NCBI RefSeq assembly: GCF_001194135.2
Contig: NC_068981.1
Coordinates: 148,563,499-148,601,485 of the forward strand
Direction: 5' to 3'
Length of the DNA: 37,987 bases
From: Octopus bimaculoides
Taxonomy: Eukaryota
The number at the start of each line of letters is the position of its first letter. Within the stretch, counting starts at the first letter, position 1. Under the pieces are notes generated by a model that saw only the letters and a program-made list of their open reading frames with translations, was not told where the DNA came from and did no database searches. Of the stretch, positions 1 through 11,397 are shown piece by piece. A program made the translations under genes and the position numbers.

Positions 1-60
<60 letters not shown>

Positions 61-122
61 ACACAGTCTCTCTCTCTCTTTCTCAATTCAATCTCTTTTT
101 CTCGTTCCTTACATTTCTCATA

Positions 123-168
<46 letters not shown>

Positions 169-221
169 CCTACCTATCTATCTGTCTGTCTGTCTGTTTT
201 TTCCGTCTGTCCTTTTGTTTG

Positions 222-283
<62 letters not shown>

Positions 284-347
284 AAGAATCACCACAACCA
301 CCACCACCACCACCACCACCACCACCACCAATACCACCACCACCACG
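1..347. repeat. Compound microsatellite block (CA)n, (CT)n, (ATCT)n, (CCA)n
   Basis: Read directly from the sequence. Confidence 0.97.
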
Positions 348-625
348 ATATGTCTGCTTTCCTCTGTGTCTATAGTTTTGTTTCAGTCTTTTTCTCCTCC
401 ATGTCAAATCTGTCTCTTATCTTTTCATTACATCTCTCTTTTCATTTCGTCTTTGTTTCTTCCAAACTCTCTTCCTCAACTCACTCCTGCATAGTTAGTT
501 TCCCCACTTTCTTCTGTCTTTCTCACACAAACCCTCTCCATTCCACCCCCAAATGTCACGACCCTTTCTTTACTAAACTGTTTTTCCCTTTCATTTTTTC
601 TTTTGTCTTTTTTTTTTTTCACGCA

Positions 626-1022
626 CTTTTACTGTTTTACTTGTCACAGTCACCGAATTGTGGCCATGTCTTGAATGATTGTGGTCGATCATATTGACTC
701 CATTTCTTTAAAAATTATTTTTCTAAATTTTAAGACAATCTCTTTGTCAAACGGTGTTAATACAAAACAAACCAGAGACAAAGACACGAAGACACATACA
801 CATATACATGCGCGCAAACGAATACACACACATACGCATGCACGCATACAAACCCACACACTTATGACATGGTTCCATACAGTTTCTGCTGGCTTATTTT
901 CAATCACAAGGCATTGGTCGGTTTGAGGCTTATAATAGAAGTTGACTTGCTCCAAATGCTTGCTTGGTCCAGTAAGATAGAACTCGGGGCAATTGTGGTT
1001 GCGAATGGTTAATCATACAGCC
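626..1022 (-). mobile_element. Family B SINE, old and degenerate, near full length
   Basis: cttttactgttttacttgtcacagtc...gtggccatg matches the B 3' end; cacaaggcattggtcgg...gaggcttataatagaag matches the B 5' half of the 20921-21302 copy. Confidence 0.6.
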
Positions 1023-1127
1023 TTCTATTTTTTCTTTTCTTCGTTACACACACTTGCAGACATGGACGTGTGCAGACACTCAAGAATATAGAGCGATATA
1101 CACTTTTAGCATCACCACCACCAGCAG

Positions 1128-1340
1128 CAGGGTAGGTTAGCAGAACGCCTAAATATCTCATCAAAATGCTTAGAATTTAGTTACATTGTATTGTGTTCAG
1201 AGGTCGAAACCTTCGACGGTTGATTTTTTTGCCTCTTCACCTTTAAATGAGTGCCAATCATGGCGTGGGGTTGATATAAACGACTAAGTCCCCCCCCCAC
1301 CTAATTAAAAGTGTATGGCATTGTGCTTATGCTAGAAAGA
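1128..1340 (+). mobile_element. Family A SINE, degenerate
   Basis: aaaatgcttag, tgttcagaggtcgaaacc, ggggttgatataaacgactaag and ggcattgtgc are collinear with A copies at 5345 and 7692. Confidence 0.5.
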
Positions 1341-1841
1341 TGTTGAATTACTGAAATAGGAGAGCTTCAGACAAAAGTCTCTTCGGCTTATACAATCACA
1401 CACACAGTTATGTCCTTTTATGCTCTAAGATAAACTGTCAATGGTATCGAATTTGCTTATGAATATTACCGAATCGATAAAATAAGTAACTATAAAAGAA
1501 TACGGCGAATTTAATCAACTGAAGCTATCTTACAAATGTGTTTTTATCCATCAGCAGTATAACCTGTATTAAAGAAATCTCTGCTGAAGAACGCATCCAA
1601 GAACATCCTCTAGAAAACTATATTATCGAACGTAGTCATTCCATTTATAAGAGACTAGATATTATTCAAAGTTAGCTTTGTTTTCCCGTTCATTATTTAC
1701 GTGAGATGGTTTATATGGTATTTCTCAGTCAAACACAGATCGCATTGTTATGAACTGCCGAATGGAATATTTGCTTTCGTTTCAATTACATTTATACTTC
1801 ATTTGTAAAAGAAAGTACATAGTTCTCCTTCACTCCGTCTG

Positions 1842-1844
<3 letters not shown>

Positions 1845-1930
<86 letters not shown>
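1845..1930. repeat. (TA)n(TG)n microsatellite
   Basis: Direct. Confidence 0.97.
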
Positions 1931-1933
<3 letters not shown>

Positions 1934-2220
1934 GAAAACTTATCGGAATATTGCTCCTGTTAGTTTCAAAACCGATAGGTAAATCCTCAGATTGGTCCAA
2001 AGGATTCTGTGCATCTGAATATATGATATTGACACGGATATGATATTGACATGAATCGTTAACCTCATTAGCTAAGCGCGTGCGTATTTGCGTGTGTGTG
2101 TGTGTGCGGGCGTGCTTGTGGGTACATTTGTGTGAGTATACCAAATGAATCAGTAAAAACCAATTACTTCGTATTTGTCAATAAAACATTATGTGAAAGC
2201 AGATCTGCGTTATTTCAGAC

Positions 2221-2272
2221 AATAGTGCTCCAGCATAGCCTTTACTACGATGACTAAAATAAGCTAAAGAAC
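2221..2272 (+). mobile_element. Family B SINE 3' tail fragment
   Basis: gtgctccagcatagcc...atgactaaaataagctaaaagaa resembles the B tail ggtgctccagcgtggccacagtcaaatgactgaaacaggtaaaagag at 25.6 kb. Confidence 0.45.
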
Positions 2273-2479
2273 ATTTTTCTTTAAAGAGAGACAAGTAAAG
2301 AAGTCGTTCTCCTGCAGCGTTATCATTCTATCTTCAAATATTTCACGCTTTAGTTGCTACAAGATCCTTAAAACTAGTTTAATACTTTTCTAACATAGAC
2401 CAGACCTTAAATATAATGTTGACATTTTGATAACTAGGATGATTATAAACAAAAATGCAAAGCTGGAATCACTTAATAA

Positions 2480-2603
<124 letters not shown>

Positions 2604-2698
2604 ATTATGCTGGTGACTGATATACAAACGTACACGCATGCATATACATATAGACATAACTGTATACATGTATATACATATATACACATACATATCTA

Positions 2699-2737
<39 letters not shown>

Positions 2738-2743
2738 ATATAT

Positions 2744-3053
2744 NNNNNNNNNNNNNNNNNNNNNNNNNNNNNNNNNNNNNNNNNNNNNNNNNNNNNNNNN
2801 NNNNNNNNNNNNNNNNNNNNNNNNNNNNNNNNNNNNNNNNNNNNNNNNNNNNNNNNNNNNNNNNNNNNNNNNNNNNNNNNNNNNNNNNNNNNNNNNNNNN
2901 NNNNNNNNNNNNNNNNNNNNNNNNNNNNNNNNNNNNNNNNNNNNNNNNNNNNNNNNNNNNNNNNNNNNNNNNNNNNNNNNNNNNNNNNNNNNNNNNNNNN
3001 NNNNNNNNNNNNNNNNNNNNNNNNNNNNNNNNNNNNNNNNNNNNNNNNNNNNN
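2744..3053. other. Assembly gap (first of 11)
   Basis: N runs at 2744-3053, 3832-4096, 7928-8084, 12362-12371, 20075-20312, 23529-23572, 26906-27194, 28855-29741, 31818-32149, 36704-36713 and 37418-37517; most are bordered by microsatellites. Confidence 0.99.
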
Positions 3054-3198
3054 ATATATATATATATACACATACATTTATGTATCTACAAACATACACA
3101 ACACACACACATACACGCATACACATAATGTACATGTATGTTTATATATTGTACATTCATAGACACACACATATGTATAAGCATATGTGTGTATATAC

Positions 3199-3230
<32 letters not shown>

Positions 3231-3640
3231 ACAGAGAGCGAGAACAGAAGTGTTTGGCAGATATATTAATAGTCTTGTTAATGTAGTAATGATAATCCTG
3301 AATAATGGATCTCTTAGATACAAAAGAAACTAAAAATAGCATTAAAATAAGCTGTATTTTTGAAAATGTAGCATTAAAGCTATACTTTTGGAAAAATTCT
3401 TCAGTTTTGACAGTTTCTCTCTTTCCTTTTTCCACACATCGTTATATATCGGTGTTGCGTTTGTAGGAGGTTTAAATCGTTTTTCTATGTGTAAAATCGG
3501 AGGTTTTCCCTTGCGTAGACAGTTTTCGAGCGGAAGCTTACTCTAGTTTTCAACGTGTTTACGCATAGATATTTACTTCGGTATCAAAGGCATTGGACAC
3601 GGAGAAACATCTCAAACTTGATGTCAAATCACATATTCCT

Positions 3641-3755
3641 TTAGTTGTTTCAGTCATAGAATTGCGAGCATGCTGAGGCGCCGCCTTAAAGAGTTTAGTC
3701 AATCAAATCGACCCCAGGACCTGGTGTTTATTCTCTGAATCTCTTTTGTTGTTAA
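3641..3755 (-). mobile_element. Family B SINE 3' fragment
   Basis: ttgtttcagtcat...gcatgctgaggcgccgcctt...tagtcaatcaaatcgaccccaggac is the reverse complement of the B 3' end. Confidence 0.7.
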
Positions 3756-4327
3756 GAAACAGTTACAAAGACACACGCGCACACACGGACACACACACAC
3801 GCACGCACGCACGCACGCACACACGCAAGCANNNNNNNNNNNNNNNNNNNNNNNNNNNNNNNNNNNNNNNNNNNNNNNNNNNNNNNNNNNNNNNNNNNNN
3901 NNNNNNNNNNNNNNNNNNNNNNNNNNNNNNNNNNNNNNNNNNNNNNNNNNNNNNNNNNNNNNNNNNNNNNNNNNNNNNNNNNNNNNNNNNNNNNNNNNNN
4001 NNNNNNNNNNNNNNNNNNNNNNNNNNNNNNNNNNNNNNNNNNNNNNNNNNNNNNNNNNNNNNNNNNNNNNNNNNNNNNNNNNNNNNNNNNNNNNNNACAC
4101 ACACACACACACACACACACATGTATGAACCAAATTCAATTACAAGGCATTAATTGGCCCGGCACGGTAGTAAGAGATTGGACTAAACCCGAAACGACGT
4201 TGTTGCAAAGCAAATTTCTCAAACACAGCCATATCTATCAGCCCCGATTGAGTAAACGCACGATAAAATGTGTTCCAGTTATCATCATTTCTTCGTTACT
4301 AAAAGACTCTAATATTGTCTAATCGAA

Positions 4328-4510
4328 GGCAGAATCGTTAGCACGCCGGGTGAAATGCTTAGCGGCATTTCGTCCGTCTTGACTTCTGAGTTCAAATTCC
4401 ACCGAGGTCGACTTTGCCTTTCATCCTTTCAGGGTCGATAAAATAAGTACCAGTTGAACATCGGAGTCGATGGAATTGCTGGCCTTATGCTGAAATTTGA
4501 AACCAATATT
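4328..4510 (+). mobile_element. Family A SINE (tRNA-derived head, Meta/MESC-like central domain)
   Basis: gcagaatcgttagcacgccggg...gagttcaaattcc (B-box-like) then gaggtcgactttgcctttcatcctttcagggtcgataaaataagtaccag. The Meta-domain label is recalled, not aligned. Confidence 0.9.
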
Positions 4511-4939
4511 GCCTGACTAAAGATTCAATGTTATGTCTGTACGGAGTGTCTAGGTTGCATCTGGATTACATGTATGTGCGAAAGTTTTATGTAAGGAGTA
4601 AATGTTGTCTAACCTACAACGAAACGAGGTAAAGTAGTGAGAAATAACAGCAAGTATTTTCTGTACAAAAGTGTGTGAGAAACATGAAACTACCAGCCAA
4701 TCATTCAGTATTTCTTGAGTTTAGTTGCAGATATAAACACACAGACGAATAAACAATTTGTTGCATGCTTAAGAAATAAGTAATTAAAATTGACAAGTAA
4801 TTCTCCAAGATAAAGTACAGTACCTTTTTTTAAATTTAATATGTCTCGCTGGGGCTGCAAATAAACTATAGGCTATTGACATTTGTCCTCCTGTAAAAAC
4901 ATTCATCTTTGTTGGCCCAAGGCTTCATTCCAATTAAGA

Positions 4940-5000
<61 letters not shown>

Positions 5001-5001
<1 letters not shown>

Positions 5002-5185
5002 GGACGTGATGGAGAAAGATTCAATTGAGCGTTGGGCTAAAACACCTTGCAATATTTAGTTACCATTCCTAATGTTCTGGTTTCAAATCCCGCCGAGATC
5101 AATTTTGTATTGTATTCCTTTGGGGCCGATAAAATAAAGTACAAACCCACTCTCCTAAAATTGCTGGCTTTGAACCGAAGATTAT
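5001..5185 (+). mobile_element. Family A SINE, degenerate, following (ATT)n at 4941-5000
   Basis: gttctggtttcaaatcccgccgagatc...cctttggggccgataaaataaagtac...aaattgctggc. Confidence 0.7.
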
Positions 5186-5186
5186 T

Positions 5187-5343
5187 AGTGGTTAGAGCGT
5201 TGCACTCATGATCGTAAGATTGTGGTTTCGATTCTGGATAAAGTGATGCGATCTATTTTTAAGCAAAACACTTAATTTTACGTTGTTCCAGTCCACTTAG
5301 CCGGAAAAAATGAGTAATGCTAGGACGGACTGGTGCCCTATCT
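5187..5343 (+). mobile_element. Family D SINE (tRNA head plus CORE-like segment)
   Basis: agtggttagagcg...gtttcgattc (A/B-box-like), then ttaagcaaaacactt shared with the copy at 37719. Confidence 0.7.
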
Positions 5344-5344
5344 A

Positions 5345-5568
5345 GGCGGCGAGCTGGTAGAATTGTTAGCACGCCGGGCTTAAATGCTTAGCGGCATTTT
5401 GTCCGCCTTTGCGTTCTGAGCTCAAATTCCGCCGAGATAGACTTTGCCTTTCATCCTTTCCGGGGTCGATAAAGTAAGTGCCAGCCAAATACTGGGGTCA
5501 ATGTAATCGACTTAAGCCCTTCCCCCAAATTTGAGGCCTTGTGCTTTCAGTAAAAAAGATTATTATTA
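5345..5568 (+). mobile_element. Family A SINE, full length with ATT tail
   Basis: ggcggcgagctggtagaa head through gaggccttgtgc...agattattatt. Confidence 0.93.
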
Positions 5569-5575
5569 ATACTAT

Positions 5576-5600
5576 TCTTCTTCTTCTTCTTCTTCTTCTT

Positions 5601-5686
<86 letters not shown>
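5576..5686. repeat. (CTT)n(ATT)n microsatellite
   Basis: Direct; lies between two A SINEs. Confidence 0.97.
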
Positions 5687-5900
5687 GGCGGCGTGGAGCT
5701 GGCAGAATCGTTTGCATTCCGGGCAAAATGGTTAGTGGCATTTCGTTCGTCTTTACATTCTAAGTTCAAATTCCGCCGAGGTCGACTTTGCCTTTCACCC
5801 TTTCGGGGTCGATAAATTAAGTATCAGCCAAATACTGGGGTCGATGTAAACAACTTACTTCACCTTGGAAACCACTGACCTTGTGCCAAAATTTGAAATA
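5687..5900 (+). mobile_element. Family A SINE, full length (ATT-rich tail 5900-5937)
   Basis: Collinear with the 5345 copy over its whole length. Confidence 0.93.
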
Positions 5901-5941
5901 ATTATTATTATAATTATTATTATTATAATTATTATTAGTAG

Positions 5942-6148
5942 GGCGGCGAGCTGGTAGAATCGTTAGCACGCCGGGCGAAATGTTTAGCGGTATTTCGCTC
6001 GTCTTTACCTTGTGAGTTCAAATTCGGCTGTGGTCGACTTTACCTTTCATCCTTTAGGAGTCAATGAAACTAGTACCAGTTGATGGGGTCGATGTAATCG
6101 AGTAGTCCCCCTACACCAATTTCTGGCCTTGTGCCTATAATCGAAAGG
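5942..6148 (+). mobile_element. Family A SINE, full length (ATT tail 6149-6175)
   Basis: Collinear with the 5345 and 5687 copies. Confidence 0.93.
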
Positions 6149-6176
6149 ATTATTATTATTATTATTATTATTATTA

Positions 6177-6265
6177 GGGTGTTATGGCAAGAGAATCGAT
6201 TGCGGATCCGGATAAATTGCCATACAGTATTCAGTTACCGTCTCCGATATCGACTTTGCCTTTTA
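6177..6265 (+). mobile_element. Family A SINE 5' remnant, highly degenerate
   Basis: ggcaagagaatcg...atcgactttgcctttt. Confidence 0.5.
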
Positions 6266-6419
6266 TTATCATTGTCAACATCAACAACACTGGTGCATCC
6301 TATCGCTTTAGAGGATTTCACTCTACGGTAAATATTCGTGACCATACGGTGCATCGATGCCCTCTATATTTCCCCAGATACCTAAATCAATAGCAAAACC
6401 CTCTGGATTACTGTCCCTC

Positions 6420-7670
6420 CCCTTATTTAGCGTTTCTAAACTCCGACCGAACATCGTTGATATGTAATACATTGACCACATATTCAATTGTTTTCCGAGA
6501 CAAAACACTCAACCTTTATACATAAATTCTTTCTGCTGTCCAGGTTATAAACTGTGTCTAAATTTTGCTTTGAAAAGTTGGTGTCTGCGCATATGTCGAT
6601 GCAGATTGCAGTCCTATCATCACTCACCCACCTTACCCATAACTTGCTGTTACCTCAGTTCAAAGTTTCCTTTTCTCAGTCCCCCAAATACATCTGATCT
6701 CATCTGTCTATCGTTCGCTTATTTCCCTCAAATACCAACGACTTTTTCAACATTCTACTTCTAGTATTGAAGACTTTTATCTCAACCCTCTCTAAACTCA
6801 CCATTCTTGGTGATTACAAATCTCTTCATGTCTTTCGCAGTAATCCCATATTGATGCTGCCAGTACAAAAACCGAATCTATTTCAACTGGGCTCATATCC
6901 CAATCGCATCCCTGACAAACACACTTATACTCCGTGCTCCCTTGATCTATTTCTCAGCTCCAGACCATCATCATTTCTGCACATATTGTCTTACCTGACT
7001 ACCCACCAGAAATCCACAAACTACACGAGGAGCCTACCTTCTGATCCCTATGACACTCCAAGTTAGCTGATAGATTGGAGCTCTGCCAGTTCTATACTAA
7101 GAGTCCCTGGTAGTACACGTACTTCATTTTAACCCATCAGAAACAGCTACGTAGTATCTGAAACAATCCTCTTAGTCATGTACCTCCACGTACTACACAC
7201 CCAAAACTCAAGCTTCTCCCCTGTCGTTCACTCAACTATGCTGCAATAGTTCAGACAAAGAACACAGCCTCCATCGCTTGAAGTAAGTCCCCTATCCACA
7301 TAAATTAGCTGACAACTTCCTGATGATAGTCTCCAAAGAAGACTATCTTCTCGATAGCTACATGTATTGCACAGTTCATAAGGTGTACCACCTCCTGATT
7401 TGTAGCCCATCCTTTTTTGTCTCTTATCAACCGATTGTTTAACAAGTTTTAGAAATCCTACTTTTGTGACTTCCCAACCGTTTTGGTTCAGTAAACAGTA
7501 CTCCCGCAGAGAAAGTGTCTACATTTGACGCCTACATTGCATTCATGAACAAACTGCACTCACACTTGGTAACTCTACTCCAAAGACTATTTCTTCCTAC
7601 TCTACCAGAGTCACCCTACGCATATATACACTAAAAGTGAAAACATCCCCATTAATGATTGGTTGCAAAA
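6420..7670 (+). mobile_element. Decayed non-LTR retrotransposon (CR1/L2/Jockey-group LINE) ORF2 fragment: APE endonuclease plus linker, no RT seen
   Basis: Frameshifted translation gives motifs in the expected order: GVCAYV (6580-6597), TILGD (about 6800-6814), YPNRIPD..SLDLFLSSRP (compare PTRIP..LDLFL), ADRLELCQFYTKSPW (7060-7110; compare ADW..FPW), SETILL, TPAEKVSTF (7500; compare KANLFAS). Many stops and frameshifts. Confidence 0.8.
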
Positions 7671-7691
7671 CACGTTTAAGGAAGGAATACA

Positions 7692-7927
7692 GGCGGCGAG
7701 CTGGCGGAAACGTTAGCACGCCGGGCGAAATGCTTAGCGGTATTTCGTCTGCCACTGCGTTCTGAGTTCAAATTCCGCTGAGGTCGACTTTGCCTTTCAT
7801 CCTTTCGGGGTCGATTAAATAAGTACCAGTTACGCACTGGAGTCGATATAATCGACTTAATCCGTTTGTCTGTCCTTGTTTGTCCCCTCTGTGTGTAGCC
7901 CCTTGTGGGCAGTAAAGAAATAGGTAT
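7692..7927 (+). mobile_element. Family A SINE, different 3' tail variant, runs into a gap
   Basis: Intact head and central domain; tail ttaatccgtttgtctgtccttgtttgtcccctc...aaagaaataggtat is unlike other A copies here. Confidence 0.93.
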
Positions 7928-8262
7928 NNNNNNNNNNNNNNNNNNNNNNNNNNNNNNNNNNNNNNNNNNNNNNNNNNNNNNNNNNNNNNNNNNNNNNNNN
8001 NNNNNNNNNNNNNNNNNNNNNNNNNNNNNNNNNNNNNNNNNNNNNNNNNNNNNNNNNNNNNNNNNNNNNNNNNNNNNNNNNNNNATATGTATTATTTGAT
8101 AGACCCAATATATGTCTTTATGTGCTGCTAACAGTTTCATATGTTGAGAAATACCTCAAACTTATTCATCAGGCAAAAAAACACATATCATAAAGGTCTC
8201 TCTTTCTCTCTCTATCGATCTATCTATATGCATACATACATACATGTATACACACACACATA

Positions 8263-8298
<36 letters not shown>

Positions 8299-8879
8299 CA
8301 TACACAGGTATATACGTACGTAAACATACACACACATCTATATCTATATCTATCTGTAAATGAGATAATCAATAAGGACAAATATGTAACGTTGCAAACG
8401 AAAGTGAGAATATACCCAATCTGCACACCATATCAAATTACATGTACATGCATGCGGTCTCACAAATATCCATCCATATGTGCACACTCAAATACACAAA
8501 TACATAAACACACGGGTGTCTCCATAAATGCACACATACATATGCGGAAATACCTATTAGTGCGCACGTACGCACAAACACTGAGAAATGGATAAATTGT
8601 CTATCTATTTATCTATCTATCTATAGTGGAGGAATGAGTGTTTCTGTCTATGTCAGTAAATTGATACAATAGAAGAAACTGCGTGATATGTGAATATATG
8701 TGATACGCTGTAGATATGGGAGAGGAATATAGCAGTGAAGAAAATTGAAGAACTATCATTAATTGCCTCTAATGCAAAAGAAATGTAAGAATGTCACATT
8801 ATACCCTTTCCTTTCCTATTTTTTTTTTTTGTAATAAGCTTCAAAATTTAGGCTAATATCTGATATAAATAGCTTGAAG

Positions 8880-8880
<1 letters not shown>

Positions 8881-8936
<56 letters not shown>

Positions 8937-8937
8937 A

Positions 8938-9004
<67 letters not shown>

Positions 9005-9025
9005 CCTATCAATCTGTCTATCTAT
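8881..9025. repeat. (ATCT)n microsatellite
   Basis: Direct. Further (ATCT)n runs near 14340-14440, 16632-16683, 18577-18650, 27345-27400 and 36355-36425. Confidence 0.97.
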
Positions 9026-9074
9026 GTATTTGTCTGTCTATTTGTCTGTCTAGTTGTCTTGCTGTCAACTATGG

Positions 9075-9240
9075 AATGGCTGAAATGGGAGAAGTCTGGA
9101 TTAAAAGGCATTTCTCTATTTTTATTCACCCCTCTACTTTCTGAGCTCAAACCTTGCCAGAAGGAGCTTCATCCTTCATGTCCGAGCTGGAAACCAGTAA
9201 TATACTGCGGTCGATTCAACCGATTATATCCCCAATCTTA
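9075..9240 (+). mobile_element. Family A SINE, degenerate
   Basis: ttctgagctcaaacc...cttcatcc...accagtaatatactgcggtcgattcaaccga. Confidence 0.55.
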
Positions 9241-9308
9241 CCAAAGCTGTAATCTGTTTCTAACGAGAAAAATGAATAATTGTTATTTAATGCGTACAAA
9301 ATCTCAGG

Positions 9309-9345
<37 letters not shown>

Positions 9346-9522
9346 TGCGTGTGTGTGTGTGTGTGTTTCAGAAAAATACTGTCAACAGGAAAAGAGAGTA
9401 CTCAGTTGAAACTTCTTTAGCCTTACTTGTCATTTCACATTTCTGATCTTCCGACGAAGACACAATACGTGAAACTGAAAGTAAAGGCTAGTGAATTTTC
9501 ATTTTCTCATATATACATGCAT

Positions 9523-9700
9523 AGATACAGGTGTAGCTGTGTGGTAAGAAGTTTGGTTTCCAATCACATGATTCTGTGTTCAGGTCCATGATGTGGCACT
9601 TTGGGCAAGTGTCTTTTGCTGTAGCCTCGGATTGATTAAAAGGCCTGTGCGTGGATTTTGTAAACGGAAACTGAAAGAAGTCCGTCGCATGTGTGTGTGG
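9523..9700 (+). mobile_element. Family B SINE 5' half (tRNA head plus CORE-like domain)
   Basis: gctgtgtggtaagaag...ggcactttgggcaagtgtc (CORE-like)...cggaaactgaaagaagtccgtcg. Confidence 0.85.
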
Positions 9701-9795
9701 CGATTTTTTTAATCAATAACTGATGAAGGTTGTGCATGTCTTGAGTGTGTTTTTATCGAGTGCGTTTATTGTCCTTCTGTGCAATTTTTTTACTC

Positions 9796-9914
<119 letters not shown>

Positions 9915-10647
9915 TAAGTCTGTATGGAAAGAGGTAGTTCTTTCCTAGGGATAAATTATCCAGTCGTACACCAGTTTAGCTCTATATCGATTAACGATAT
10001 TGGAAATTCTACATGTGTATATGTACTAGTGTCTATCGTTGGTTCTTCATCGATATAGTACCTCACACTTCGAAAACTCCATTTGTTGCTGTAGAGGTTT
10101 CCATTATTTTCGAAGTACGAGAAAAAAATTTTAACAGCATGAAGAAAATGGAGAATACATACATAGGACAATCAAGTGATTTATTATCATAGTCAATTTA
10201 TATTGCCTACGCGGCGTTTCGGTTAATTGCTCCATCCATATAGTCACATTTAAAATGCATTATGAAGTTGAAAAAAGCAAAAGAACCTCCTCAGGGCAAA
10301 TTGGCTTATATTTCACATCCTAACGGATAGAGAGTTTATTCCAGTTTTCGAATAAACGACTGCCATGTCTAGCAGACAGGTATATGGTTCCTGTCACCGC
10401 TAGATAGGAGTTGTTTGCTCACTTGTTTGCAATATAACGGACACAGATAACTGCACGAGATGTCCTCCTGGGGCTAAAAAGAGTAGTAACAGTGTTCTGT
10501 ATGGAACAACCCCGTTGAGGTGATAACAACCGTTATTTTTCAGTAGAGTGAACTATTTGCATCTCGTATAGAGATTTTAGAACTAGCTGCTTTGCTGGAT
10601 ATGTACACACACACACATAGACACACACACACATAGACACACACAGA

Positions 10648-10956
10648 GAGGGTGAGATGGGTTAATTGTCGCCATTCTATATTTTTAATTGTTTTTGATT
10701 CAGTCGACTACACAGTATAGTAAGGGACAGTTAGGCGCTGTCTGTATGAAAAACAGCACTATGATGCAATTCACTCTGCCAGAAATTTGGAAACGACATG
10801 CTGTACTGCTTGGCATTCGCAACGGAAGTTCCAACACGAACATTTCAGAGTGTTTGGGTGTCAATCTGAGGAGAGTGCATGTACCGAGAGTGATGAAAAT
10901 TAAACGTCCAGTCAACATCATGGTGTTTGGAGTGAGCACTAAGGATGGCGACGTTA
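10648..10956 (+). mobile_element. Internally deleted Tc1/mariner (maT-like) transposon: 5' end, HTH start and a short catalytic-domain piece
   Basis: From ATG 10761: MMQFTLPEIWKRHAVLLGIRNGSSNTNISECLGVNLR (HTH-like) fused in frame at about 10880 to VPRVMKIKRPVNIMVFGVSTKDGDV (the K.P..vMVwG motif of Tc1/mariner transposases). Putative 5' end gagggtgagatggg at 10648; no matching 3' TIR found. Confidence 0.8.
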
Positions 10957-11104
10957 TTATCTCGGTAACCATGGGAGCTATGAAAAATACAAAGCCCAGC
11001 ATCACCACCGGATCATTCTACACATCTGTGTAATTTTTCGCTCAATTCCACCCAGCCGTTTGACCGTGGATCCCAAGACAAGAAAGAATCGCCCATGTCA
11101 AATT

Positions 11105-11143
<39 letters not shown>

Positions 11144-11151
11144 ATATATAG

Positions 11152-11395
11152 CTTTTCTCTATTACTTGTTTCAATTATTCGACTACGATCATGCTGAGAC
11201 ACCACCTTGAAGAATTCTTAGTCGAATGTATCGACCCCAGTACTTAATTTTTTAAAGCCTGGTACTTGTTCTATCAGACTCTTTTGCCGAACATTTACGT
11301 CACGGGGACGTAAACACACTAGCACCAGTTATCAAGCGGTGGTGGAGGCACAGCTACAGACACAACCACAGAGACACAGGTATAGGCACAGATAA
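11152..11395 (-). mobile_element. Family B SINE 3' half (partner of 12407-12551)
   Basis: ttacttgtttca...tagtcgaatgtatcgaccccag...cttttgccgaac...cggggacgtaaacacac. Confidence 0.85.
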
Positions 11396-11397
11396 AG

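Noticed and set aside
4185-4205. CCCGAAACGACGUU hammerhead-like half
   Set aside because: No CUGANGA nearby on either side.
4941-6265. CRISPR-like array (repeats with spacers)
   Set aside because: Units are about 200-bp diverged SINEs separated by microsatellites in eukaryotic DNA; no cas genes.
9715-9790. CUGAUGAAGG followed by a T-rich tail, like the 18.3 kb element
   Set aside because: No GAAAC or stem I partner at a suitable distance; at most a fragment.
10067-10116. 10-bp inverted repeat acttcgaaaa/ttttcgaagt
   Set aside because: Short, AT-rich, with a 30-nt loop; expected by chance.
10200-10240. Minus-strand CGAAAC-GCCGC-GUA hammerhead half
   Set aside because: No credible CUGANGA (best match UGGAUGG) and no stem II or stem I.
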